Of a stretch of 64,000 nt of DNA, positions 51,126-61,298 are shown one piece after another. The DNA comes from an uncultured Gemmatimonadaceae bacterium (lineage in GTDB: Bacteria > Gemmatimonadota > Gemmatimonadetes > Gemmatimonadales > Gemmatimonadaceae), in NCBI GenBank assembly GCA_963740355.1, contig CAVUDW010000003.1, positions 384,001 to 448,000 on the forward strand, read 5' to 3'. The notes beneath the pieces are model-generated. The model was not told where the DNA came from, did not search any database, and saw only the letters and a program-made list of their open reading frames with translations. A program made the translations under genes and the position numbers. Position 1 is the first letter of the stretch. Every line of letters begins with the position of its first letter.

Positions 51126-53114
51126 ATGCCAGCACGACAGGTGCGCGATACCACGTCGCCGATCATCCCGCCCGAGCAGACGGCGGTGCGTGTTTCATCA
51201 CCCGGCGCGCTGCACACGTCGCTGCGTCTGGTGAGTGGCGGGGCGCGCGGCCTTGTCCTCGCGTTGGCAGCCGTGGCTCTCCTCCCCTACGTGTTCATCC
51301 CACGCTATGACCTGGTGGTGACACGCCCGTTTAATGGTGCCACACTCCACAGCCCTTACGAGCGCACGCCAGGTCAGTGGCGCTTGGCGAACTTTCATGC
51401 TCACAGCCGCGCCTGGTCCGGCCTCACATCGGGACGGGATTCCGCGCGCGCGGTCTACAGCGCGTACCGCACGCTTGGCTATGACGTGATCGGGTTGTCG
51501 AACTATCATACGATCACGACCCTGCCAGACACGCCAAATGCCATCCCCGTGTACGAACACGGATTCGGTATCCAGAAGACGCATCAGCTGGTCATCGGTG
51601 CGCGACGCGTGCTTGGATGGGACATACCGATCTGGCAAACACAGGACGCGAAACAGTTCCTGCTCTCCCGGTTGCGCGACTCCGCGGCGCTGACGACCAT
51701 CGCCCATCCGTACATGCGCTGGGGCTATACTCGCGAGCAGGTGCGCACCCTCGGCGCCTTCGATCTGCTCGAGGTGCGCAGCCACTGGGGTGATGCATCG
51801 GCGTGGTGGGACGCCGCGCTGACCGCGGGCAATCCGATCTGGGCCGTCGGCGACGACGACAGTCACGACGTGACCCGCAAGACGAGTCTCGGTCTCGTCT
51901 GGACCGTGGTTGACGCACCCACCACGCGTCCTGCCGACATCATCGCGGCGCTGCGTGCCGGGCGAATGTACGTGATCGCGGGCCAGGGCGCGCGCAGCGA
52001 TATCCACCTGATATCGCAATCGGTGCGCGGCGACACGATCACGACAACGTTCGATTCGCCCGCGCGGAAGATCCGCGTGATCGGCGACAGCGGCCGAGTG
52101 GTGCAAACAGCGGCGAATACTGCAACGCTCCGCACCGTCATGCCGCTGTCGGCACACTACGTTCGTGTCGTCGCCTCGACAGACAGCAATACGCTGTATC
52201 TCAACCCCGTCCTTCGTGCGTCCCTCCCGGTGACAGTGCGCGACGCTCCGCCGATTCGCCCGCTCGCATCATTCATCAGCCGCACTGTCGCCGGCGCGCT
52301 GTTTGCTCTCGCTGTCGTGCTGCTGGTGCCGGGGCGCTGGTCCGCTGGCCTGCGACAGATGGCGCGGCGCCGGCTGCACATCGCAGATGCAGGGAAGGCG
52401 GCAAGCATCGCGATCCTCGCAGGTGCGCTCATGGCGCCGCCGCTTCCGGCACAATCGACGTCGCGCCCCTTCGCTCCCGGTGAACGAAACGAGTACGAGC
52501 TCAAATTCGGAATACTGACCGTCGGGACGGGTGTGCTATCAGTCGCGGGGCCGGACACCGTCCGCGGGCACGAGGTGCTGCGGCTGCGATACCGGATCGA
52601 CGGTGGGATACCATTCTTTCGGGTGCATGACGAGATGGAAAGCTGGTTCGATCCGGTGACGATGGTGAGCTATCGCTTCACACAGGAACTGCGTGAAGGA
52701 TCGAAGCGATACAGCAGACACTTCGACTTCTTCCCAGATGAGCGCGTGGTGCTGGAGCGTGGCAAGCCGAGCGCCGCGTCGGTTGCGTCGCCGCTTGACG
52801 ATGCGTCATTCATCTTCTTCATGCGGATGCAGCCGTTGGTCCCCGGGGTGATCCTGACGTCAGACCGTTACTTCAGACCCGACGCGAATCCGATCATCAT
52901 CCGCGTGCTGCGGCGCGAAACAATCACCGTGCCGGCAGGCACGTTCGCGACGATTGTCGTTCAGCCGCAAATCAAAACCGCGGGAATCTTTTCGGATGGT
53001 GGCGAAGCATTGCTCTGGTTCTCGGACGATGCGTCGCGAACGCTCATCCAGATGCGGGCGAAGTTGTCGTTTGGATCGATAGGCCTCTATCTCAAACCCC
53101 GGCCGGCGCCGTGA
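51126..53114 (+). CDS. PHP-like phosphoesterase fused to a DUF3108-like domain
   Basis: NFHAHS, LSNYH, YEHG, AHP, DDSH; C-terminal PFAPGE...Y.LKFG, ETITVPAGTF, LWFSDD. Confidence 0.78.
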   Translation: MPARQVRDTTSPIIPPEQTAVRVSSPGALHTSLRLVSGGARGLVLALAAVALLPYVFIPRYDLVVTRPFNGATLHSPYERTPGQWRLANFHAHSRAWSGLTSGRDSARAVYSAYRTLGYDVIGLSNYHTITTLPDTPNAIPVYEHGFGIQKTHQLVIGARRVLGWDIPIWQTQDAKQFLLSRLRDSAALTTIAHPYMRWGYTREQVRTLGAFDLLEVRSHWGDASAWWDAALTAGNPIWAVGDDDSHDVTRKTSLGLVWTVVDAPTTRPADIIAALRAGRMYVIAGQGARSDIHLISQSVRGDTITTTFDSPARKIRVIGDSGRVVQTAANTATLRTVMPLSAHYVRVVASTDSNTLYLNPVLRASLPVTVRDAPPIRPLASFISRTVAGALFALAVVLLVPGRWSAGLRQMARRRLHIADAGKAASIAILAGALMAPPLPAQSTSRPFAPGERNEYELKFGILTVGTGVLSVAGPDTVRGHEVLRLRYRIDGGIPFFRVHDEMESWFDPVTMVSYRFTQELREGSKRYSRHFDFFPDERVVLERGKPSAASVASPLDDASFIFFMRMQPLVPGVILTSDRYFRPDANPIIIRVLRRETITVPAGTFATIVVQPQIKTAGIFSDGGEALLWFSDDASRTLIQMRAKLSFGSIGLYLKPRPAP

Positions 53115-53535
53115 TTCAATCGCCGCGCCAACACTCGGTCGTCCGTGATGGATCCGTTGCGCCCGCCGGTTCGTGACGAATGCTGGCTGGAAAGCATGGT
53201 GAGCGCTCGCTGCGTGCCGGTGAATGCGGATGAGCTTGTGCTGAAGGGCTGGAATCTCGAAGCCTGCCGCGCCGGCGTCGTCACATCCACATCCGTACTC
53301 GTCATGACGCCCTGTGTCAGCCAGGTTGTCCGCGGGCTGGGAAGCCGGAGGGCTGTGCCTTGCGCACTTCGGCGACGTCGCGGGCGGGAGAAGCGGACGC
53401 GGATCTACTTGCGCCAGACGTCGTTGATCGTGGGGTTATCTGGCCTGTGCCATCTTCACTCCGCAAGTACGACCCAGCCAGATGCGTTTCCGCAATCCAC
53501 GCTGGCTTCACCCGTCCTGAACTGGAGCCGTTCCG

Positions 53536-53964
53536 ATGATTACCCGAGGCTTGTCCCTGGCGACTCGTACCGCCGCGCTGGCATTCGCACTCGCAACCGG
53601 CACGCTGGTCGCCGCAACCAGCGCGCAAGCGCAATCGACGCCGGGCAGCGGCCCGATGAAAGAAGACAAGCCGGGCCAATTGGCCCGCGCACGCATTTCG
53701 CCTGACTCCGCCCGCCACTTGGCGCGGACCCGCGTCGCCAACGCCACCATTGCCGAAGAAGGCATCGAGGTGGAGAAGGGCAAGCTTCTCTACTCGTTCG
53801 ACATGAAGACTGCGGGTCGCCCCGGCATCGATGAAGTGCTGATCGACGCCACCACCGGCGCAATCATCTCAGTGGATCACGAGGGACCGGCGCAAGAGGC
53901 TGCTGAGCGTGCGCAGGACGCGCGCGAACGGCGCGTGAAGGCCGGCAGTGCACGGCGTCCCTGA
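53536..53964 (+). CDS. PepSY domain secreted protein
   Basis: Signal peptide; ISPDSARHLA, IEVEKGKLLYSFD, EVLIDATTGAI. Confidence 0.88.
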   Translation: MITRGLSLATRTAALAFALATGTLVAATSAQAQSTPGSGPMKEDKPGQLARARISPDSARHLARTRVANATIAEEGIEVEKGKLLYSFDMKTAGRPGIDEVLIDATTGAIISVDHEGPAQEAAERAQDARERRVKAGSARRP

Positions 53965-53976
53965 GCGCGCAGGACA

Positions 53977-55743
53977 ATGAGCCGCTGCAGCGTGCATGGA
54001 AAGTGTCGGGGCGGCGTGCAACACGTCGCCCCGACACCCGTGTGCGCGATGCTGGCACTGCTCGCCTTTGTTCTGTACGCTGCGAATCTGCGTGCGCAAT
54101 CCCAACCGGCATGTGCGGGCACCGATACGGTGCCTGTCGCGCGCTACTCCGGTCGACGCATCAGTGCGGTCGACATCCAGAGCCTTGCACCATATCGCCT
54201 CTTGGGGCCGATATCGCCAATGATCCATGTGACAACGCGCGAGCTCTACATCAGAGAACGTTTGCTGTTCGCCGTTGGTGATACCGTCGACACGCTGCGG
54301 ACGGCGCAGTCTCTCCGACAACTTCGCTCGTCGCGTGGATTGCTCGGTGCGTCGCTCGAGGCGCGATGCGTGCCGGATGGTGGAGTTGCCCTGCGTGTGT
54401 CCACGCGTGACGCGTGGAGCCTTCGGCCACGGGTGGATATGCGGGGCAGCGGCCGGGTGACCGCCTTGGTGGAGGAGGCAAACTTACTCGGAACGGGACG
54501 ATCAATACGCGTGTACGGGCGCGCGGAACGCGGCGTGATCGGAGTCGGTGCCGCGCTGTCCGATCCCACGCTGTTCCACGGAAAGGCGACCGCGACGATT
54601 GCGCACGACATCCTGCAACGCGGCACGATCAGCGCGCTGTCGATGCAGTCACGGGACGCCGGAGCCCTCTCCGAGCACGACTTCGCCGTCGCGCTGACTG
54701 CAATGACACTGACCGATGTCGGACGTGACGCGGCACCAGTCTCGCGCGAATCGATACAGCGCCAAACTGCGACAGCACTGATTCAGAAGCGGGTCGTGTG
54801 GCGCCCGGAGGCCTCCCTCTATCTGCAGGTCGGCGCGGAAGCCGAGCGCACGACGCTGCAGGCACGGCTGCCGTTCGCGGGTGCCGGACCGGCGGCGGTG
54901 CGACGCGATTTCGTAGGCCTCGATGTGGGTGCGGCACGCCGTTCGGCGCGCTATCTCGCTGTACCGTGGTTGGTTCCCGGCACTGCAGCGCCAAGTGGAG
55001 CGGATGCAAATGCCGCGGAGGTGCCGACCGGGACCGAACTCGATGCGGTGCTGGCACTTGGCCGGGATCTGCGGAGCAGGCGGCCGGCAATACACGTTGA
55101 TTCATGGTTTGGCCGGATCTGGGCGATGGGTGACGGCGGCGCACGCGGCGACACGCATGCGCCCCGCGCGCTGCTGGCAACAGATCTGTGGCTGAGCGGA
55201 TATCGCACGGGCGGCTCGGGTGCGTGGTCGGCCGGAGATGCACGATTCTCCCTCGCGGCCAGTGCGCCGGCGCGGCGAGGTCGATGGACCGCGCGCGCCG
55301 CCGTCGAGCACATGGCTGACCCCGACCCCGATGTCCGCACGCTGAGCTTCGCGGAGCCGCTCGGCGCCGTCGCCTGGCGCGATGCGAGAGCGGCCGAGAG
55401 CGCCGTAACGATCTCAATGGATCGCAGCGTGCAACTGCTCCCACCAATCCGCGGCTACGCGTTGGACGGTGTGGCATTTGGCGCCATGACGACACGATGG
55501 GAAGTGACGCCGCGCACCGGACTCGCGGCCGCCACCACTGCGCGTATTCAGCAAGCCGTTCTCGGTATCGGCCTGCGCCTGAGCCCAACACACTTCGTCG
55601 CGCCGACAATGACAATTGGCATCGGTGTTCCGCTGCTGCGCATGCCGGGTAGTGCGATGTCACCCGTGCTCAGCGTCTCCGTGTCTCCGCCGCTTGGCCG
55701 CGGACGACAACGCGCACGCCGCGCACCATACATTCCCCGATGA
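53977..55743 (+). CDS. POTRA-containing Omp85/BamA-like outer-membrane protein (divergent)
   Basis: TTRELYIRERLLFAVGD, TRDAWSL, EANLLGTG, followed by beta-strand pattern. Confidence 0.7.
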   Translation: MSRCSVHGKCRGGVQHVAPTPVCAMLALLAFVLYAANLRAQSQPACAGTDTVPVARYSGRRISAVDIQSLAPYRLLGPISPMIHVTTRELYIRERLLFAVGDTVDTLRTAQSLRQLRSSRGLLGASLEARCVPDGGVALRVSTRDAWSLRPRVDMRGSGRVTALVEEANLLGTGRSIRVYGRAERGVIGVGAALSDPTLFHGKATATIAHDILQRGTISALSMQSRDAGALSEHDFAVALTAMTLTDVGRDAAPVSRESIQRQTATALIQKRVVWRPEASLYLQVGAEAERTTLQARLPFAGAGPAAVRRDFVGLDVGAARRSARYLAVPWLVPGTAAPSGADANAAEVPTGTELDAVLALGRDLRSRRPAIHVDSWFGRIWAMGDGGARGDTHAPRALLATDLWLSGYRTGGSGAWSAGDARFSLAASAPARRGRWTARAAVEHMADPDPDVRTLSFAEPLGAVAWRDARAAESAVTISMDRSVQLLPPIRGYALDGVAFGAMTTRWEVTPRTGLAAATTARIQQAVLGIGLRLSPTHFVAPTMTIGIGVPLLRMPGSAMSPVLSVSVSPPLGRGRQRARRAPYIPR

Positions 55744-55759
55744 AGCACCGGAGCTGATA

Positions 55760-58222
55760 ATGCTGGGACCGAAACGCATCGCCACTGGCGGTCGAGCCAC
55801 CGTTTTCCGCCCAGCGTATGGCCGCCGCCCGCGATTGGGGCACATTGGCATGCGACTCGCCGCTGTGCTGTCGCTCTGCGCCAGCGTCGCCGTTCCCGCG
55901 CAGACTGTTCCGGCAGCGAGCGCCGCGCACGCAATACCGTCAACGGTTTGCGTCGCGCATGCGCCGGGAATCGTCAACACAGTCGAGGACAGCACCGTCT
56001 ACCGTTCGCCGTCGCTCTGCCAGTTGGTCGCAGAGCTCGCGGCCGAGGCACGACACGTACCGGCCGCGCTGACGGACTACCGTGTCAGCGTCGAAAGTGA
56101 AGTGGCCTTCATTCTTCGGACTGCTGCGGCCGCACAAGGCACCGGTTCAACCGTCTCGTCTGCCGACGCCGGTCGCGAGCGCTTGCTGCAAGTGGAACAG
56201 ATCGAGAGTGCGCTGAGGTGGGAACGCAACGGCACCGTCGATCAGCACATCATCGGGTATCGTTCGCGCGCGGTGACCGCGTCGCCGTCGGCACTCAGCG
56301 TGCTCCGTCAGCCGTGGGTGGTACCGGTGCTCTACGGAAATCGCCTGCAGCTCCTGCTGGGTCGACGCGCATCACGCACCGACTCTTCTGGCACGACGCA
56401 CGGATCGGCAGCCGCCGCCAGCGCACTGCTCGCAATCCACCCGTTCGCAGACGACCGTGCGCAGGTGTATCGCTTCGGGGGCGGCGATACGGTGGCTGTC
56501 CTCCGGCTCGGACCACGTGCCGTCACCGTCGTACGCATCACGGTCGATCCAGCAACGGCACCGCGGGGCCGGACACTCCTCTTCCGCGGTACGATTGACG
56601 TCGATGCCGAGCGCCACCAGATCATCCGGATGCGCGGGCAATTCGTGATCGAAGCACGGCAGCGCAGTGTCATCCGCCGAGCCCTGAATGCCGCCTGGGA
56701 AACAGTCGTGTTTGCCGAGCTCGAGAACGCGGAGTTCGATGGGATATACTGGCTGCCATCGCGACAGCGGATCGAGGGACAGGCACGATCGGCATTTGCT
56801 GGCGAGTTGCGCCCATTGATGCGGGTGGTGAGCCGCTTCACGAATTACCGCATCAATCAGTCCGGACGTGGCGAAGCATCGCTGGCGGGTGGCGCAAGTG
56901 ATACCGCCCGGGCGCCAGCGGCGCGGATCACGTTCGCGCCGCGTGATAGCATGAGCGCCTTCGATGCATGGCAGTCGGCGCTCGGTACCGCGACGAACTC
57001 CACTGCGCGCGCGACCGACTTCGACGACATCGCACCAGATCACTGGCGTCCCGCCGGCGCACCCTTCCTGGATTGGCGCGCGGACCGAATCAACGATGTG
57101 TTCCGCTATAACCGTGTCGAGGGAGTGTTCACGGGGCTCTCCGCGACCCTCCGATTTCGGGACGCTGCGCCCGGGCTGAGTGTGGGTACGAACGTCGGCT
57201 GGGCTTGGGCAGAACATACGCCTCGCGGCTCCGTTTGGTCCCGCTGGGCGCGCGGACCGTGGCTGTTCTCAGGACGCGCCGAACGCAGCCTCGTCAACAC
57301 GAACGATTTCCGACCGTTGCTCGACTACGAACAATCGCTGATGGCGTTGCTCGTCACGGCGGATGACTACGACTACGTGGATCGTCGAAGCGTCGTGGTT
57401 GGCATGACACGAACGCTCCCGATTCGCGGCGCGCCAGCGTTCCATATCGAAGCTGGCCCGGCGTTCGATCGCGGCGAAGTTGCACGCGTCAGGTACGGGC
57501 TGATCCATCTGGATTCTGCGTTCCGCGGAAATCGCGCCGCCGCGACGGGCGGGTATGTGCATACAGCCGCTGGCATTGACCTTCATCCGAATGTAACGGG
57601 TGACTTTCTTGCGCCAGGCGTTGGCGGTGGACTCTGGTACGAGCGCGGTGATGGGCCCCTGAGCTGGCAGCGACTGGAGGCACGACTCACAGCGAGGCGG
57701 AGTATCGCTGCACTGATCGTTGCGGGTCGGCTCGACGCGATCGCGTTGTTCGCGAAACAGCCCATCCCGCAACAGGTGATCGAGTTCGGCGAATCCGAAG
57801 GATTACCTGGATACGCGTACAAGGAGTTTGGTGGCGACCGCGCGGTGCTGGCACGCGGCGCGGTGGAGTATCAGCTCCCATTCCTTCGTACACCCATTCG
57901 GCTCGGCGGTGGCACAGGACGCATCGGCCGCCTCGTGCTGCCGGGCCTGTCGCCGTCCATCGCCGTCGGGGGACAGGCAGGTTGGGCCGCAGCGCGCGAT
58001 CCGTCGACCCGGGCTGCACTCGCGTTGTTCGGGACGCGGCGCGACAGCGTGTCCGGCGCGCTCGTCCTTGCTACGCGACCAACCGACGGGATCCGCTCGA
58101 CTCTGAGTCTCACACTGAGATTGTTCGGCGGCACGATCGGACTCGGCGTTGCACGCCCACTCGACAGCCGTGGCTCGACGCGGGGCTGGAACTTTGTCTT
58201 TGGCGCCGGGCAGGCATTCTGA
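55760..58222 (+). CDS. DUF5686-like outer-membrane beta-barrel protein
   Basis: Signal peptide; HPFA...YRF..GDT, YWLP..Q, RYNRVEG, DYDYVDR; C-terminal Phe; start 55760 or 55850. Confidence 0.7.
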   Translation: MLGPKRIATGGRATVFRPAYGRRPRLGHIGMRLAAVLSLCASVAVPAQTVPAASAAHAIPSTVCVAHAPGIVNTVEDSTVYRSPSLCQLVAELAAEARHVPAALTDYRVSVESEVAFILRTAAAAQGTGSTVSSADAGRERLLQVEQIESALRWERNGTVDQHIIGYRSRAVTASPSALSVLRQPWVVPVLYGNRLQLLLGRRASRTDSSGTTHGSAAAASALLAIHPFADDRAQVYRFGGGDTVAVLRLGPRAVTVVRITVDPATAPRGRTLLFRGTIDVDAERHQIIRMRGQFVIEARQRSVIRRALNAAWETVVFAELENAEFDGIYWLPSRQRIEGQARSAFAGELRPLMRVVSRFTNYRINQSGRGEASLAGGASDTARAPAARITFAPRDSMSAFDAWQSALGTATNSTARATDFDDIAPDHWRPAGAPFLDWRADRINDVFRYNRVEGVFTGLSATLRFRDAAPGLSVGTNVGWAWAEHTPRGSVWSRWARGPWLFSGRAERSLVNTNDFRPLLDYEQSLMALLVTADDYDYVDRRSVVVGMTRTLPIRGAPAFHIEAGPAFDRGEVARVRYGLIHLDSAFRGNRAAATGGYVHTAAGIDLHPNVTGDFLAPGVGGGLWYERGDGPLSWQRLEARLTARRSIAALIVAGRLDAIALFAKQPIPQQVIEFGESEGLPGYAYKEFGGDRAVLARGAVEYQLPFLRTPIRLGGGTGRIGRLVLPGLSPSIAVGGQAGWAAARDPSTRAALALFGTRRDSVSGALVLATRPTDGIRSTLSLTLRLFGGTIGLGVARPLDSRGSTRGWNFVFGAGQAF

Positions 58223-59082
58223 GCACTCCCCATCTCGCTGTCGGCGGGCGCAAGCCGTTCGCATGGCTGCCACGCTGGACACGCTGGACGCTCTTCGTCA
58301 TCGTGATCGCCGCTGAGGTGGCGACGATGATCAGCTGGCAACTCAGCGGCTCAGACGGTGCACCGAATGCACGTGTGCAAGACGCAGTGCTGCGACAACC
58401 CGGCGTGGAACTCTACCCGGCACGAGGTGGCGCGCTCCGCGCTCGCGCGCTGATCGTCTTCTTCGGCGATAGCGGCTGTTGGCGGCCGTATCGCCGACTG
58501 GCCTCAGCACTGGCCAACGACGGCTACGCCGTCATCGCGGTACATGCTCGGCTTGCGCAGCCGGTGCTAGATTCTGTATCGGCGCGGGCAACAGAAGATG
58601 CGCTGGCAGCGCTGATCCGTCGCGGGATCGCCGAAATATCGCCCACCCTGGAAAGCAGAGCGGGTGCCGCTGCACAGCCGCTGCCAATGCCCGTCGTGCT
58701 GATGGGGCATGCAGAAGGGGCTTCGCTGGCGCTGTGGGCGTCGCAGCACGTCGCGATCAACGCGCTGCGTGGCATCGTGACGCTGTCCGCTCAATCGGCG
58801 GGAAGTCACCCCGCCGACACGCAGCGCACAGTGCACTTCACGCTGACGTCGACCGATCAGGCAGCGCGAGCGCGCGATACGTCACAGGTCATGCTGTCGA
58901 CCGTGCGTGTGGCATCGATCACTGGTTCCCTCGGGCCAGCCGGACTTGTCTCGCGCGTGCAACGGCGTAGTCCGACTGAAGCGGCGTTCGCCGTCCCCTT
59001 TTCAACCGTCCGACTCACCTCACCTTTGCTCACCGGCATCGCAGTACGGCGTTCACTCAACTGGATTCTCGCGCCGCAATGA
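58219..59082 (+). CDS. AcvB/VirJ-like alpha/beta-fold protein lacking the catalytic Ser
   Basis: ALIVFFGDSG.W, LASALANDGYAVIAV, PVVLMGHAEGASLALW; paralog of 61299-62189; start uncertain. Confidence 0.65.
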   Translation: MSTPHLAVGGRKPFAWLPRWTRWTLFVIVIAAEVATMISWQLSGSDGAPNARVQDAVLRQPGVELYPARGGALRARALIVFFGDSGCWRPYRRLASALANDGYAVIAVHARLAQPVLDSVSARATEDALAALIRRGIAEISPTLESRAGAAAQPLPMPVVLMGHAEGASLALWASQHVAINALRGIVTLSAQSAGSHPADTQRTVHFTLTSTDQAARARDTSQVMLSTVRVASITGSLGPAGLVSRVQRRSPTEAAFAVPFSTVRLTSPLLTGIAVRRSLNWILAPQ

Positions 59083-60609
59083 CGGCTGCGGTTGCGGGAG
59101 CCAGACAACAAATCGTGTGCCGGCGTCCGACGTCTTGTCGAGCACCACGCGCCCACCATGCGCACCCGCGATCCACTGTGCGATCGACAGTCCGAGACCA
59201 GCGCCCCCAAGGCCGCCGCCGTGCTGACGCCCACGTGCCGTGTCGTCACGCACAAAGCGATCAAACAGGGTTGCGCGAATCGAGGCCGCAACGCCCGTGC
59301 CTGAATCCTCGACCGCGATACAATACCAGGAGCCGCTGCTGTCACCACCGTGGCCGCTCGCGATGTCGGCCTGTTCAGTCAACCCGACGCGGACGGTCGA
59401 TCCCGCCGGGCTATGCTTGATTGCGTTGTCGACAAGATTGAGCAGAAGGCGGCCAAGGAGCGATGGATCACCGGAGAATGGCGATTCGTCGCTGACCGCC
59501 GCCAGGACGCTGACGTTTCGTTCGCGGCCGAGTGCGCGCCCAGCCTTCGCGACATCGACGACAATCTCCTCGAGAAATACCAGTTCACGCTGCAAGGGCT
59601 GCTCATCGCTGTCCGCACGCGCCAGCAGAAAGAGGTCTTCGACGATGCGGGTCAGCCGCTTGCCTTCAGTGCTCACGAGCGCCAACGCCGCACGCTGGCT
59701 GTCCACGCTCGGAACCGTCTGCTGCAGTTCCATGTCCGCTGCACTGCGAACAACAGCAATTGGCGTACGAAGTTCATGCGACGCATCTGACATGAACTGC
59801 CGCTGCTGCACAAACGATGCATGCAGCCGTTCCAGCATCCGGTTGAGGATTGCTGCCAGTTTCCCCAGCTCATCGTGAGGATTCGCCAGGGCCAGGCGCG
59901 CGTCAAAGCGCGACGAACTGATGTGCTCCGCCTGTCGCCCCATTGCGAGTGCTGGGGCAAGGCTGTTCCTCGCGATCAGGTAGCCGCCAGCACCGGACAG
60001 CAGAATCGCCACCGGAATCGCGGCGAAGATCCAGCCGACGAACGCCTCATTCACGTCTTCTGCCGCCGACAGGCTCCGGACGATGACGACCAGCAGTGTA
60101 TCGCCCCGATAGGATGTCCGGCGCGCGAAAACTCGCGACTCTGCGTCGTCGGCTCCGACGGAGGTAAGCACAGCGCCAGACGCCATTGTCGCGTTGAGGA
60201 CATCCTGCAAGGCGACCTGTTCGGTACGTGGTGTGACGCCGGTCGGCAGCGGCATGGCAATGGGATCCGTGTCCGACACCGCCAGAAGTTGGTGGCGCGC
60301 ATCGTAGATGCGGATCTGTCGATCACGATATCGCACTTCACGCACCACGTCCTGAGTCGCCACATCGAGCGCGGAGCCTTCCTCGGTATCCTCATCATCG
60401 AGCGCTTGCACGGTCAGCTGCGCTGTCTCGCGGAGCGAGCCGTCGACGCGAGCGAGTGTGCCGAGTGTGAGGTAGCGGTCCGTGATCAGTGCGAACAGGA
60501 CAAGGATCACGCCCGTCACCGCACCGTGCCACAGCGCCATCCTCATCCGCACCGGCAGGCGTTGATACCACCGCTCGAAGGGACGTGGCAACAAGGTACA
60601 GCGCATCAT
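59053..60609 (-). CDS. Sensor histidine kinase (HAMP-HisKA-HATPase, CusS/QseC-like)
   Basis: FMSDASHELRTP, NLVDNAIKH, DSGTG, GAGLGLSIA. Confidence 0.95.
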   Translation of the reverse strand: MMRCTLLPRPFERWYQRLPVRMRMALWHGAVTGVILVLFALITDRYLTLGTLARVDGSLRETAQLTVQALDDEDTEEGSALDVATQDVVREVRYRDRQIRIYDARHQLLAVSDTDPIAMPLPTGVTPRTEQVALQDVLNATMASGAVLTSVGADDAESRVFARRTSYRGDTLLVVIVRSLSAAEDVNEAFVGWIFAAIPVAILLSGAGGYLIARNSLAPALAMGRQAEHISSSRFDARLALANPHDELGKLAAILNRMLERLHASFVQQRQFMSDASHELRTPIAVVRSAADMELQQTVPSVDSQRAALALVSTEGKRLTRIVEDLFLLARADSDEQPLQRELVFLEEIVVDVAKAGRALGRERNVSVLAAVSDESPFSGDPSLLGRLLLNLVDNAIKHSPAGSTVRVGLTEQADIASGHGGDSSGSWYCIAVEDSGTGVAASIRATLFDRFVRDDTARGRQHGGGLGGAGLGLSIAQWIAGAHGGRVVLDKTSDAGTRFVVWLPQPQPSLRRENPVE

Positions 60610-61289
60610 TCCCTTGGGGGTGTGGTCGAGAGCATATACCCAGCTCCGCGACGCGTATGGATCAGTGACACCTGGCCAGCCTGGTCAACCTTTCGGCGCA
60701 AGCGATTGATGTACGACTCGATCAGATTGGAACAGGGATCGTAGTTGTCGTCCCAGACGTGGTCGGAGATTTCGGCTCGCCCGACGACCCGATTCGTGTT
60801 GCGGACAAGAAACTCCAGTAGCGCGTACTCTTTCGTCGTCAGCGGTACCAGCGCGTCGGCTCGTGTCGCGCGCTGACTGCGCGTGTCGAGTATGAGGTCG
60901 CCGACCGATAGCAGTTCTGGGAGCACATCAGCGCCACGACGCAGCAAGGCACGCAACCGAGCGAACAGCTCACCGATGTCGAACGGCTTGGTGAGATAGT
61001 CGTCCGCACCGGCATCCAAGCCGTCGATCCGATCGCGCACACCATCCCGTGCGGTCAGCATGAGGATCCGCGCTGATGCTCCGCGACGCCGGACTTCAGC
61101 GCAGACCGAAAAACCGTCGCGCTTGGGAAGCAACACATCGAGAATGATCGCGTCGTACGGCGTAATTGCTGACTGATACACCGCATCATCGCCATCCGCA
61201 GCAACATCGACGGCATAGGATTCGGCGCGCAGGCCAGTGGCGAGCACCTTTGCCAGCACGGCATCATCTTCCACGAGCAGAACGCGCAT
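60606..61289 (-). CDS. OmpR family response regulator
   Basis: LLVEDD, ILDVLLP, GADDYLTKPF, YINRLRRK, TRRGAGY. Confidence 0.96.
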   Translation of the reverse strand: MRVLLVEDDAVLAKVLATGLRAESYAVDVAADGDDAVYQSAITPYDAIILDVLLPKRDGFSVCAEVRRRGASARILMLTARDGVRDRIDGLDAGADDYLTKPFDIGELFARLRALLRRGADVLPELLSVGDLILDTRSQRATRADALVPLTTKEYALLEFLVRNTNRVVGRAEISDHVWDDNYDPCSNLIESYINRLRRKVDQAGQVSLIHTRRGAGYMLSTTPPRE

Positions 61290-61298
61290 CGCAGTATC

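Noticed and set aside
52227..52239. Extra junction-motif copy (CCGGTGACAGTGC) inside the PHP-DUF3108 gene
   Set aside because: Only the 13-bp core, without the AAT/CATT flanks and within coding sequence; may be chance.
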